Shown here: piece by piece, positions 12,013 to 21,907 of the stretch
Layout of the letters: every line of letters starts with the position of its first letter
How positions within the stretch are numbered: the first letter of the stretch is position 1
From: an uncultured Planctomycetaceae bacterium
GTDB lineage: Bacteria > Planctomycetota > Planctomycetia > Pirellulales > PALSA-1355
Reading direction: 5' to 3'
NCBI GenBank assembly: GCA_963785305.1
Contig: CAWAUV010000008.1
Span: 832,001 to 896,000, forward strand
Length of the DNA: 64,000 nt
Translations under genes and position numbers: made by a program
The notes under the pieces: generated by a model
The model's database searches: none
What the model saw: the letters and a program-made list of their open reading frames with translations, nothing else
What the model was told of the DNA's origin: nothing

Positions 12013-12086
12013 GGGCGACTAGCTCAGTTGGTTAGAGCACCATCCTCACACGGTGGAAGTCACAGGTTCGAGTCCTGTGTCGCCCA
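12013..12086 (+). tRNA. tRNA-Val (anticodon CAC), CCA not encoded; integration target
   Basis: GGGCGAC/GTCGCCC acceptor stem, AGCTCAGTTGGTTAGAGC D arm, CCATC-CTCACAC-GGTGG anticodon arm, GGTTCGAGTCC T arm. Confidence 0.95.
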
Positions 12087-13507
12087 TTAGAATTTTCACT
12101 GAACCCCGGGAAATCACGGTTTTCCTGGGGTTTTTTAATGTCCACTTCCGATCTGTTCTTTCCTGGGTTGCCCAGATTATCCCAATCGGCTCCAGTCTGC
12201 ATCGTCTTTTGCATCGTCTTTTGCATCGTCTCGGAGTTGCGTGGCCCGGATGGATTCCCAAGATCAACAGTGGCATTTAGCTGCGCGGCGGGCTGCTCGC
12301 TGCTCCGGCGGTCGGTCGATTCGCGATCGTCGCTCGAATTTGGCGACGACAAACAGGCAGATTCATCGGGCTTTTTTGTTGGCGCCGCGGCATCGGCGAA
12401 ATGCTCATCGGTCACTTGAAGGTAATGCTTGCTCGCGATCGCCAGCGAATTGCCCAACCAGCGGCAAACCGCGTGGGCCGGGAACTGGCTCGAAAGCTCG
12501 GTCTGCCGGGTCGATCGCAAGTTCTGCCAAAGCTTAGGCCAAGGCTGTAAGCCGGCCTTGCGAATGATCCGCTGTAATTGAGTCCGCAGGTTCGCCGCGG
12601 GGTCGCGGTAACGGGTGATGATAAACTCCGCGTCGACGGCCGTCTCTTGCCGACAGGCTTCCAAGTAGGTCCGCAGCTCCGGGAAGATCGGCACGTCGCG
12701 CGTCTCGTGGCCCTCGTGGTGTTCCGTCTTGGGGCTATGGACCGTCAATCGCCCCTTGGCCCAATCCACGTCGCCCCATCGCAAACCAAGCTGCTCCGAT
12801 GGGCAGCGCAAGCCGCCGAAGCGGCTCAAGGCAAATAGCAACCGCCATTGATTGTCGGGGCAAGCCGCGAGCACCGCGTCGGCCATTTCACGCGACACGA
12901 AGAATTCCCGGGCTCGATTTCCCTTGACCGCGATTCCCTTCATGTCGGCAAATGGATTCTCTCGAATCAGTTTTCGCCGCATCGCCGCCCGAAAGAACTG
13001 GCGGGCGATCCCGCATCGCCGGTTGACGGTGTTGGGCGCAAGCCCTTCGCCTTTCGGGGCCGGGCGACCAAGAAAGCGGCGGAAATCGTCGGCGTCGGCC
13101 GGCAGGATTTCGCCAAGCGGTTTCAACGCGCTGAAAAACTTGACCAGGCATCGCCGCGTGTGGCCATAGACGGTCGCCGTCGAGCCTTTCACGTCCGACC
13201 GCTCGGCGATAAACCTGTCGAGGAACGCGCCGAGCGTTTCTTGCGCCGCTTGCGTCCGTGGCGGAGCAATGCCGACCGCGGCCAACTTGCCATAGAAATC
13301 GTCGTCCAGTTCGCCGAGCCAGGCCGCTGTTTCGCGATCAAGGCTCACGTTCGCGATCGCGGCCGAAACGATCGCCTCGATACGGAGCTTGACCGTCTCG
13401 GTGGTTTTCATCGTCGCGCGGCCAAGGTACAGTATCTTGCGCACGCCATCGGCTCGCGTGAAGTAGATCGTGCGCAGCCCATCTTTGCTCGTGGAAATAC
13501 TGGCCAT
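12032..13507 (-). CDS. int: Tyrosine recombinase/phage integrase; ORF runs through attL, antisense into the tRNA
   Basis: SAM-like N-domain; GLRCPSE (Arg), WQNLRST (HxxR variant), WLGNS, KHYLQ (Tyr); AGGAG RBS. Confidence 0.93.
   Translation of the reverse strand: MASISTSKDGLRTIYFTRADGVRKILYLGRATMKTTETVKLRIEAIVSAAIANVSLDRETAAWLGELDDDFYGKLAAVGIAPPRTQAAQETLGAFLDRFIAERSDVKGSTATVYGHTRRCLVKFFSALKPLGEILPADADDFRRFLGRPAPKGEGLAPNTVNRRCGIARQFFRAAMRRKLIRENPFADMKGIAVKGNRAREFFVSREMADAVLAACPDNQWRLLFALSRFGGLRCPSEQLGLRWGDVDWAKGRLTVHSPKTEHHEGHETRDVPIFPELRTYLEACRQETAVDAEFIITRYRDPAANLRTQLQRIIRKAGLQPWPKLWQNLRSTRQTELSSQFPAHAVCRWLGNSLAIASKHYLQVTDEHFADAAAPTKKPDESACLSSPNSSDDRESTDRRSSEQPAAQLNATVDLGNPSGPRNSETMQKTMQKTMQTGADWDNLGNPGKNRSEVDIKKPQENRDFPGFSENSNGRHRTRTCDFHRVRMVL
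12067..12140 (+). repeat. attL direct repeat (tRNA 3' end plus terminator)
   Basis: 74 bp, 2 mismatches to 25092-25165; 54-bp exact core 12072-12125. Confidence 0.95.
12102..12136 (+). terminator. Rho-independent terminator after tRNA-Val (duplicated at 25127-25161)
   Basis: AACCCCGGGAAA…TTTCC(T/C)GGGGTT hairpin followed by T run. Confidence 0.75.
12198..12232 (+). repeat. 3 x 12-bp TGCATCGTCTTT; candidate integrase arm-binding sites
   Basis: Tandem repeat ~60 bp inside attL; same GCATCG core three times at 25020-25050 inside attR. Confidence 0.65.
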
Positions 13508-13564
13508 CGCTTCTACTCTCCTTGCGTTTCGTGGGCGAAAACAGGCGTGAGCCAAGATCGTAGC

Positions 13565-13843
13565 CTAGGCCGATAATTGTAGCGAGGGCTCGATGGTCGC
13601 CACGCTGGCGATCGGTGGCGTGGTCGCGACAGTCGGGCCAGCGGTTTCGGCCTGGATCCAGTTCGCGAGCTGGGCCGGTGAGTAGCGCACACTGCGGCCG
13701 ATCCGCACGCATGGCAAGCGGCCGTCGCGGGTCATCACGTACACGGTTCGGGTCGAGACACTGAGCAATCGGGCGGCTTCACGCTGGTTGACCAGCATTG
13801 CCGGGGCCTCGGGCTTGGAAGCGGCGGAATTCTTGGCGGCCAT
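13565..13843 (-). CDS. Excisionase-like HTH (HTH_17/MerR-like)
   Basis: LVNQREAARLLSVSTRTVYVMTRDGRLPCVRIGRSVRY; directly upstream of int. Confidence 0.88.
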   Translation of the reverse strand: MAAKNSAASKPEAPAMLVNQREAARLLSVSTRTVYVMTRDGRLPCVRIGRSVRYSPAQLANWIQAETAGPTVATTPPIASVATIEPSLQLSA

Positions 13844-14477
13844 GATTCGAGTTCTCCAGAGGGATTACGGACCGGAACAACGAACGGTTCGCAATGCCGC
13901 GGCGTCGCGGGCGATCGTTTGTCCGGCGGAAGGAAATAATAACGGTCGAGGGCCATGCCGGCTCGCGAGCCGGAGGCGTGGCTCGGGGGCCTGCCAGAGC
14001 GCCATCACGCTTGGCGGCGGCCGTCGAGCGAGGGCGGAGCGGCGATGCGGCGCTTTCGATCGCGGCCACCGAAGGCCCGCCGACCGAGTGGCCTTGGGCG
14101 ATATTCTTGCTTTTCGCGGTCGAGCCGATCGCGCCTGTTGTGCGGCTTTTAACCGTAAACGTAAACTTACCTCGTAGCCCGGCTGTGCCCGGTGCGGTCG
14201 CGCGTGAAATTTCGCTAAGAAGGACCCATAAGACTCCAAGCGGGCAGAGAATCCCCGTGTCGCGTGTTGGTGCCGCAGTGGGCGCGGCAAGTCGCTTCCG
14301 ACCGGCTGGCGACCGGCAAAGTATCAGGCGAGCCCAAGGCGCGATTCGAGCGATCGACCGATCCTCGACCAAGTGGCTACCGCGAACACTCTGGCAAGCG
14401 CCTCGCGGCTTCCATTGGGGCGGTAGCGGCAATGCGGCGAGGCTCGCGGACCGCCTATGACCGCCAGGGGTTGGTAA

Positions 14478-15083
14478 TCACGGACGGCGATTGGCGGTTT
14501 GTGATGCAAGATCGGCCACGAAATACCGTGTCCCATCGCCATGAAGTTCGCTTGTGTGCTCCGCCCGAATTCTTCCGGCCGTCAACAGTTCATCCGCCCC
14601 ATTGATCCACTCTGAATGCGCAATCTCCATCGCGCGCGATCGCTCGGGGCAGCCACCTTCGCCGGCGGCTTCGATCGCGGCGAAGACTCGTTCCCTGATC
14701 GGGCGGAAATAAACTATGGTCGACCTATAATCCCCATTCGGCACTAACTTGGCGTCAAGCTGGCCATCGGACAATAAGCCCGCGATGATCGGCCGCCGCT
14801 TGTTCAAACGCACAAAATCGAGCAGCCTCGAAACATTGTAACGCGTTATGCCTTTATGATGCGCGCAACGCGCCGCGTCGATCAGCAATTGCCTTGCTCG
14901 CGATTTGATAGCGGCGTCGTCCGCCGACGCCTTGGCCTCCGGCGTCATCGGCTCGACGGTCGGCGGCGGGGTATCGATTACCGTATCCAGGTCAGCGACG
15001 TTCGCCGCCGCGGGTCCAGCGGACTCCGGCCGTTTATTCCAACCGTAGCAGACAAAAACGAAATCAGGTTCTTCCATTGGCAT
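14478..15083 (-). CDS. Hypothetical protein, possibly tandem winged-helix
   Basis: GAGG RBS; two similar segments ending L..G.[LI]…Y F (GLLSDGQL…IVYF; ELLTAGRI…TRYF). Confidence 0.55.
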   Translation of the reverse strand: MPMEEPDFVFVCYGWNKRPESAGPAAANVADLDTVIDTPPPTVEPMTPEAKASADDAAIKSRARQLLIDAARCAHHKGITRYNVSRLLDFVRLNKRRPIIAGLLSDGQLDAKLVPNGDYRSTIVYFRPIRERVFAAIEAAGEGGCPERSRAMEIAHSEWINGADELLTAGRIRAEHTSELHGDGTRYFVADLASQTANRRP

Positions 15084-15136
15084 ACCTCGAATGTAGACAA
15101 TCCAGAGACCGCGAAACGACCGCGAGAGGCTTTTTG

Positions 15137-15397
15137 CCTTATTGCGCTTTTTACCAGGGGGTCACGCGTAAACACGATCAAACCGCCGACTAAACCGGAC
15201 AACGGGAATAATCGGAATCGAATTCCGGGGGCTCTGGTAAAAAGCGCAATAAGGTAATAAGGGTGTTGTTGTTGTTTGTAAATGCTTGTTTTTCAAGGCT
15301 CTGCGGCGATCGCTCGTTGGTCGAAAAAACGTGGTAATGAAAGGGCAAGAAGCGCAATGGGTTTCGAGTCGGCCAACCTTCTTGCCACTTTTTACCA
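15137..15397. other. Candidate replication origin (iteron-like inverted repeats plus AT-rich core)
   Basis: Perfect 21-bp IR 15137-15157/15234-15254; degenerate copies 15332-15352 and 15377-15397; immediately downstream of primase. Confidence 0.6.
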
Positions 15398-15418
15398 CCA
15401 GATTGCGCGGCGGGTGCG

Positions 15419-17483
15419 CTATTGGCCCTTGATCCTGAGTGATTCGCCAGGTCGCCCATCCGTCTGCCTTGATCGGCGGTCGATAAGCCCCTGGCCTTCG
15501 AGGCTCTTGACCACTTCCTCGCGATCGCGCGGCGTCCATCCCCTTGTTCCGCGATTGAACTTCCATGCCGGCATCCAGCCATCGCCATGTCCCCGGTCGC
15601 GGTGGTCGCGGATTACCCGCAGGGCTTTCTTTTGCTTCGCGTCGAAATCGCTATCGCAAACATGCGAACTGGCCATCCACAGCATGCGGCGAGTTTGGTG
15701 GCGAACGAAATTCGCGCTCCACTCCGCCGCTTCCAACTGGATCGCCGGTTGCAAATGATTCTGGCTACACGCGTAGTTGAGCGCAAGCCGGCGCTGCTTT
15801 TCCGAAGCGCGAGCCCAAATCGCCATCGCGACCTCATCGCCTTCCGACTCGGCGGAGCTATATTCACGGTCCGCATCGGCGCGGAAGGCCGCAATGCACG
15901 ACTTCGCCGCCGAGTCAGCGGCCACTAGGATCGGCTGGGGGTGCCAAGCGGCAAGATTACCGCCTCGCCTTGACTCGCCCGGGAAGAAATCGGCCCAATG
16001 CCGCGCGGCGTCAACGATCGCTCGCGGGACATCTTGCGGTTCGGTCTCTTGCCCGCGCCCTCGCAAACCGGCTTCAAGCACGATCAATCGGGCGAACAAG
16101 CCATCGGTGAGCATTCGTGGCGACATCGCGCCATAGAACTGCTGCGGAATCGCCGTGCCGTACAATGTCAAGCCCGGCTGATCCACGAATCTTGCTTCCT
16201 GGCCGGCTCGAATTCTCAGCGGGTAAATCGTGTTCGCGGAAGTGAACAGCTTCAAGAGCGTGGCGGAAATCATTTCATAGCGCTGCTCGCGACCGCTGCG
16301 GATCGCATTCAGCAGGGCATGGAATTCGTCGATTTGCAGCAGGCAAGCCGGCATCGTAAACAACTTGTCTTCAATCGACTCAGAAGACGAAATCGTATCG
16401 CCGATCGCATCCGAGAGCCCGACGCCATGAAGAACGTCGATATTGACGGCCCGCGGCCGATTCTTTCCCGCGCCGGAGCTTGCGAGATTGACCACGTAAA
16501 GACTTGTTCGATTGTTCATGTCATCGCGTACTTTTCGCGACGCTAGGAACGCTTGCAGCCCCAACGCGCCGCCAAATGCTAGCGATCGCTCGGGGTAAGG
16601 CGCCGTGTCGAGCGTGTATTGCACTACATCGTCAATGAATCCCGGCACGCTCAACAGTTCGGCCGGAGTTTGCCCGGGATCGCTCGGGCCATTGTCTTGA
16701 GCATTCATTTCCTGGTCATCGTCGCCCAACGCGCCCTCGGCCAAGGCGCTCGCCACGCCATCCGGCGCGTAACGTCCCACGCTGCGGGCGATCGTGGCAA
16801 TCTCACTTGCGGGCAGCTCAGGCCGGCAGCGTTTGACGTTTTCGAGCCGGAGCGCGGCCTCGATCGCGTCGGGCGACAGTCCGATCCGGCGGAGCGAGCC
16901 CGCCAGGCTGGTCAGCGTGGCATTCCGCGCGCCTTCGATGATCGCCACGCCCTCGACGCCATCGGTCTTCAAAACCACCTCGCGGCCGGCAGGCGCGTTG
17001 GCAATGAGCGCGAGCAACCACCGCGGCGGCTCCGGCAATCGCTCGCGGGGCTCGATCTCGATCGCCCAGGCATAGGGCTTGCCATCGACGATCGAGGGCG
17101 CCACGACGATATAGCCGCCATCGGCGCGCGTGTCGACCTTAGGCGCAATCTTGCCGGCCGTGTTGCGAAAGCATCGCCCGGCCGGCGCGGAACAGATAAT
17201 GCCGGCCGCCGGAAGGCGTGAGCGCCATCGGCGCGGCCGCCAACTCCATCGCCCGATCGGGCGAATTGGCGAGCCAGGGGTTATGCTTGCCATCGACATC
17301 GACCACGATCAGGCCGGCGGTCGCCAGGCCGATATTCGCGTCCGGGTTCGCCTGCCACCAGGCGGATATCTGTTCCTCGTCGGTCGTGGCTTCCTTGCAG
17401 CCGCGCATGCCGGCTGCTTGGCGCCCGGCGCAAGGAAAGATCGGATAGCCGAGTTCGGCGTAGCGGAGCGCGTCGTTGAGCAT
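15419..17483 (-). CDS. Bifunctional primase-polymerase + PriCT + DUF3987-like helicase (frameshift near 17180)
   Basis: ALRYAELGYPIFPC, NIGLATAGLIVVDVD, TPSGGRHYLF, DTRADGGYIVVAPS, EGARNATL, SSGAGK P-loop. Confidence 0.88.
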
Positions 17484-17631
17484 TGATTGTCCAATAAAAA
17501 GCCGACCAACGGGCGCCAATAGGGTGCGCTTCGTTGGCCGGCTTATCCGGCGAACAATTGGCCATGCTTTTTTTTGCTGCCTATTTTCAGCGAAAAAAGC
17601 GGAAATCAAACAAAAAAGGCGTTGGCCGTTA

Positions 17632-18489
17632 TCAACTCCAGCCGAAGGTGTCGGCGAACGAAATGCTTTGATACACCTGCTCGACGTTGACGCAATCCGC
17701 CACGAGGCTCGCGATTTGATCGCCGCTCGCGTTCGTTCCGATGGCGTTCTTGAATTTTACCCAGGTGTATTCCCAACCTTTCTTGGTGATTGGGCCGATG
17801 CCGCTGATTATGAGCGGCGGAGAGCTGGTCAGTGTCGCGTTTTGATTGGCGGCGAACTGAAATTGAATTTCCGTTTCCGTGGCGCTGCCGTCGTTGCCGG
17901 TCGCGCCAAGGAACAGCAGCTCGCCCGGCTGAAAATTAAGGAACACATCGGAGTTCGTGCAACCCGTCGCGGACGCAAGCGTGCGCGTGAAGGGAAGCGT
18001 CACTACGCCTTGCGGATAGCGGTATGTCACATTGAACTTGAGCGCCGGGACCACGATATCGGCGCCATCCGGCTCGCCGCCGTCGAGCGGAACGCCGATA
18101 GCGCCGTTGTAGGGATTGCTCGCGGCGGCGGCGGTGGCATTCGCGGTGCTCGTCGTCCATGAGCCGACATGGGGGATCGCATATTTTTGCTTCGCCGTGC
18201 CGCCGGTCGTGTCGAAGTTAAAGGTATACGACCCGGTTTGATGCTGCATTTGGGCATAGGGAACCGTGACGATATAGCGGGCGAATCCAGCCGGCGCGAG
18301 GAGAATGTCCTGCCGGTAGAGCATGCCGATCGTCGAAATCACGGTCTGCGCCGTGGAGAGCGCGGCGTTCAGGAGCACGGTCTGATCGTCTACCTCGCCG
18401 CTCGCGAGAAACTTCATGGTGAGACTCGGCGGCTGAATCGACTGCTCGCGCGAGTCGGGTATTTCGTCGAACGTAAACGCGGTCGACAT
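17632..18489 (-). CDS. Phage protein following tape measure (putative distal-tail/tail-tip component)
   Basis: Beta-rich 285 aa; FDTTGGT, GAIGV, GELLFLGATG, KKGWEY, VEQVY motifs recalled from post-TMP genes of planctomycete prophages; synteny. Confidence 0.6.
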   Translation of the reverse strand: MSTAFTFDEIPDSREQSIQPPSLTMKFLASGEVDDQTVLLNAALSTAQTVISTIGMLYRQDILLAPAGFARYIVTVPYAQMQHQTGSYTFNFDTTGGTAKQKYAIPHVGSWTTSTANATAAAASNPYNGAIGVPLDGGEPDGADIVVPALKFNVTYRYPQGVVTLPFTRTLASATGCTNSDVFLNFQPGELLFLGATGNDGSATETEIQFQFAANQNATLTSSPPLIISGIGPITKKGWEYTWVKFKNAIGTNASGDQIASLVADCVNVEQVYQSISFADTFGWS

Positions 18490-18530
18490 GGATTGCTTTC
18501 GGTGTGGAAGAAGGAGAAGAAGAAGGAGTG

Positions 18531-18614
18531 GCCACGGACGAACACGGAAGAAACACAGAAAAAGGCGACGGGCAATAAATTCGTTTCCGTGTTATTTCCG
18601 TGTTCTTCCGTGGC
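18531..18614. repeat. Intergenic palindrome built of (A)ACACGGAA subunits
   Basis: 18531-18561 vs reverse complement of 18584-18614 match at 27/31. Confidence 0.8.
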
Positions 18615-18624
18615 TAAAAAATTC

Positions 18625-20782
18625 CTACGCGATGAGGCCGGCTTTGTCGATCGCGTCTTTCACGGCGTCGATCGCTTTGATTTGCTTCTTGTGGAGCTTG
18701 ACCGACTGCTCGGCGGCGTTGGCGGCGCGGGCCGCGGGGGAGCTTCCGCCGGCGCCGGCCATCAGCGCGGCGGCGCTGAACGAGCCGATGATTTTCTTGT
18801 CGATCGCCGGCAAGAGTCCGGCCGTGCGATCCTCGTGCGCTTCGTCGTGCTTGGCCTCGGCCGCTTTACGGGCCGCGGCGGCTTGGAAGGCGAGCGCGCC
18901 GAGTTCGTCGCGGAGCTGATCGCCGATCGAGGTAATGTGCTGGCGACCGCCGGCGTTGTTCTTCCGGGGGGCGCTCGCGGCCTCGTTCGTGCGGTGCTCG
19001 AAATACTTGTCGATATTGTCGAGCTTGAGTTCCGTGTCGTCATGCTTTCCGCGATAAAGCGCGTCGAGCTCAGCGCCGACTCCTCCGCCCTGTTGGTGCT
19101 CCATCGCGAAGCGGATATCTTCTCGCTCGCGACGCAGATCGTCCTTACTCCACTTTCGGCCGGCTTCGTCGGTGGCCATGTCATCGGGGGAAGCGTCGGC
19201 CTGGCGAGAAAGATCGGCGTTTTCCACGGCGCGCCGCGTGGTCGCCGCGGACTGATCGGCGGCGAGTTTTTTCAGCGCGTTCCGCTTCCTCTGGCGAGTG
19301 GCCTGTAATCCACATCGCGAGCGGATCGCCGTCTTCCGCGTCTTGGAGAAAGAACTCGGAAACCTTCTTCTGCGCGAATTGGAGTTTGTCGAGCACGAAG
19401 CGCATCGTCTTCGTGAAGGCGTTCGCGATCGTCTCGCAGAAGCCGTGCCATATCGCCGCCGAATTTTTGACGACTGTTTCCCATGCTCCGCTCCAATCGC
19501 CGTCGCTTAGTTGCTCGCCGAGCTTGCCGAGCATGTCGCCAAAATCTCCACCCACGGATTCGGCCAGGGCGGCCATGCCGTCGGCGAACGCGGCCCGGAC
19601 GCCGAGCATGGCCATCTTGCCGGCCATCGCGAGGTTTCCGCCGGCGATCGCGTCGAAGATTCCGCCCATCGCGGTTTGGATCGTGCCCTTCACGCGGCCG
19701 AATATCTTGCCGATCGCGCTGGCCGCGGCTTTCCCGGTTTCGGTGTATTTGAAAAACGCGTAGCCTCCGGCGCCAAGCGCGGCCGTGATCGCCGCCATCG
19801 CGATTGGAACCGGCGCGAAAAGCGAGCCAAGCAGCCCAAGCACGGTAGCGAAGCCGCCGGCGGCGGTGGTCATCGCCACGATGCCGAGTCCGGCCCCTGT
19901 CATCGCGGCGCCGAGAACGCTCATGCCGATGCCCGCGATCGCCACGCCCTTGACGATACCCGCGTTCGCCGCCATCCATTTGGTGGCCTCGGCGACGAAT
20001 TGGGTGATGATCTTGTAGCCGCGCTCGAACGGCTCTGCCACGATACCGCCGATCTTCTGCCATGCGCCGGTGACAACGCGGCTGAGGCGAATTTGCGATT
20101 TTTCGAGCTGGTTCGCCATCTTGGCCTCGGCGTCGGTCGGGGCCAAGCCAAGCTCACGGGCCTCGCGCTTGTATCCCTCCAGCTCCTTAATCATCGGCAG
20201 GAGCGACGGCGCGTCGCGGCCAAGGAACTTCATGGCTTCGGCCGTGCGATCGGTGGCCGAAGGAAGGCCGGCGAGCTTCTTGGCGAGCAGGTCGAATTGC
20301 TTGTCGGGCGACATCGCGCGCATTTCCTGCCACGACATGCCGAGTCGCTGGAACTCCGTGCGCGCGTCGGCGGCGCCCTCGGCCGCGCTTTCGATTGCCG
20401 CCTGGAGCTTTTTTAGGCCGATCTCCCAATCGGTGATCGTGCTGCCGCCCATTTCGGCCGCGTGCTGATACTCGCCGAGCTTGCTGGCGGCGATCCCTGT
20501 CCGCTCGCTCATTTCCTGGAGCGCGCTGTTTCCCTCCACCCAGACATCGAGACACTTATGGAAAGCCTCGGTCACGACGCCGCCGATCGTGCCGATCGAC
20601 GATAGCTTATCGGTCGCCTCCTTCGCGGCGGCGAAAAGCGCTTCGCTCCCGCCGATCTCCGCGACCGTCTTGCCGACTTCGCGAATCCGCTCATTGATCC
20701 GCTTCATTTTTTCATGGAAACCCTTGTCCTTGGCCGCGATCTCGATGTATGCCTTGCCGGCGCGTATTTCACTCTCGCCCAT
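18625..20782 (-). CDS. Phage tail tape measure protein (~720 aa; frameshift in T6 run 19267-19272)
   Basis: IRAGKAYIEI start; EMSERTGI…MSPDKQFDLLA…AMKFLGRDAPSLLPMI block; Ala/Gly-rich helical body with hydrophobic segment; removing one base joins 19181-20782 to 18625-19227. Confidence 0.85.
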
Positions 20783-20934
20783 ATTCCCAAGACCTTGCGG
20801 GCGATGCCCGCTGATAATTGTCGCTTCCGCGACATGTGGTGGTGGCGCTCGCGATGCTCGCTTCGCGCTATTCAGCTAGTGCGTCAGCGACCAACGGGAG
20901 CGGACAATTTCGATCGTCGCGGCAGCGGCAATCA

Positions 20935-21318
20935 TCAGCCGGCATCGCCGGCACGTCGCCGATCCGACCGCGATCGACGACTTGGCGTTCGCAGGTGAGC
21001 AAGCAGAATCGCCGCATCGTGCGGAAAGACGGAAACAGTAACCGCTTTCAAAAGAGCATCGACCGCCCGCCCGATCGCGTCGCCAGCGATCGCCGCCCCG
21101 AATTGCGTGCTCGTGATTCCGGCGGCGTCCGCCTGGTCTTCGCAGAGCAGCCAGAGCACATTGGCTAGTAGCTCTGGTTCGTTTCCCAATCGGTCGTAGG
21201 GCTCTCGGCTGCGGTTGCCCAGGTCGAGGCCGTTGCAGTGGCGCTTGATTCGGTCGATCTTCTCGGCGTCGACGACCAATGACCAAGCCCGGCCGCGATT
21301 GTCTTGAAATTTCGCCAT
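20935..21318 (-). CDS. Putative tail assembly chaperone
   Basis: FQDNRGRAWSL…LLANVLWLLC…QFGAAIAGDAI; small gene directly upstream of TMP. Confidence 0.7.
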   Translation of the reverse strand: MAKFQDNRGRAWSLVVDAEKIDRIKRHCNGLDLGNRSREPYDRLGNEPELLANVLWLLCEDQADAAGITSTQFGAAIAGDAIGRAVDALLKAVTVSVFPHDAAILLAHLRTPSRRSRSDRRRAGDAG

Positions 21319-21466
21319 GTGTTTCTTTCAGGGGTGTCGGCCAGCCGTGGCCTTGATGGGGGTTTGGGTTCCGGCGATCGGATCGACCGCTTCGACGATC
21401 GCCGTCGATGTTGCCCTTTGCGATCGCGGGCGCGATCGAGCTAGGGCCGCGTGGCGGCGGATCGGT

Positions 21467-21692
21467 TCAGCCCACGATGCTCGACGCCAGCCAGGCGGTC
21501 ACGGCGATTCCGCGGCCAGCGCAGCATCCGGGGGCCGACACGGACCGGGGCAGGGAACTGGCCATGCTCGGCCCATCGGGTGATGCTTCGCGAGGAAGCG
21601 CCGACCATTGCCGCGGGACGAAAATAGGCGTCCACGCCGTCGATCACGGCAGGGCATGCCGCATCGGCGGTTGAATGGATTTCCCTCACCAT
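21467..21692 (-). CDS. alpA: AlpA-family transcriptional regulator (frameshift near 21505)
   Basis: MVGASSRSITRWAEHGQFPAPVRVGPRMLRWPR, continuing AVTAWLAS in shifted frame. Confidence 0.78.
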
Positions 21693-21907
21693 AAACACCG
21701 GGCCACTGATGCGGTCTAATTGCCAGACAGCTCAAGAAAAACCCCACTTCTCGCAGCCACAATCAAAATAGACCGCGGATAATCGACATAAGCGCAATCT
21801 TTCGACAATTTGCGTGCCGGCTTTATTTACCGATGCGGGAATGTCGACTGATATTGGCCCGGTTCTGTTTTATCGGGCAGACTGTCAATCAATCCGAGAG
21901 GCCGCAC

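Noticed and set aside
13735..14605. Several overlapping ORFs between xis and the 14478 gene
   Set aside because: No recognisable motifs or RBS; typical GC-rich shadow ORFs.
5853..18614. CRISPR array (repeats at 5853, 12198, 18531)
   Set aside because: Repeats are tandem or palindromic without unique spacers, and no cas genes are present.
19267..19272. Programmed frameshift or phase variation in the tape measure gene
   Set aside because: A 6-nt homopolymer in an assembly with many similar indels; sequencing error is simpler.
20783..20990. Programmed -1 frameshift giving a gpGT-type chaperone extension
   Set aside because: No clear XXXYYYZ slippery site at the TAC 3' end and no convincing gpT-like frame; assembly indels obscure the region.
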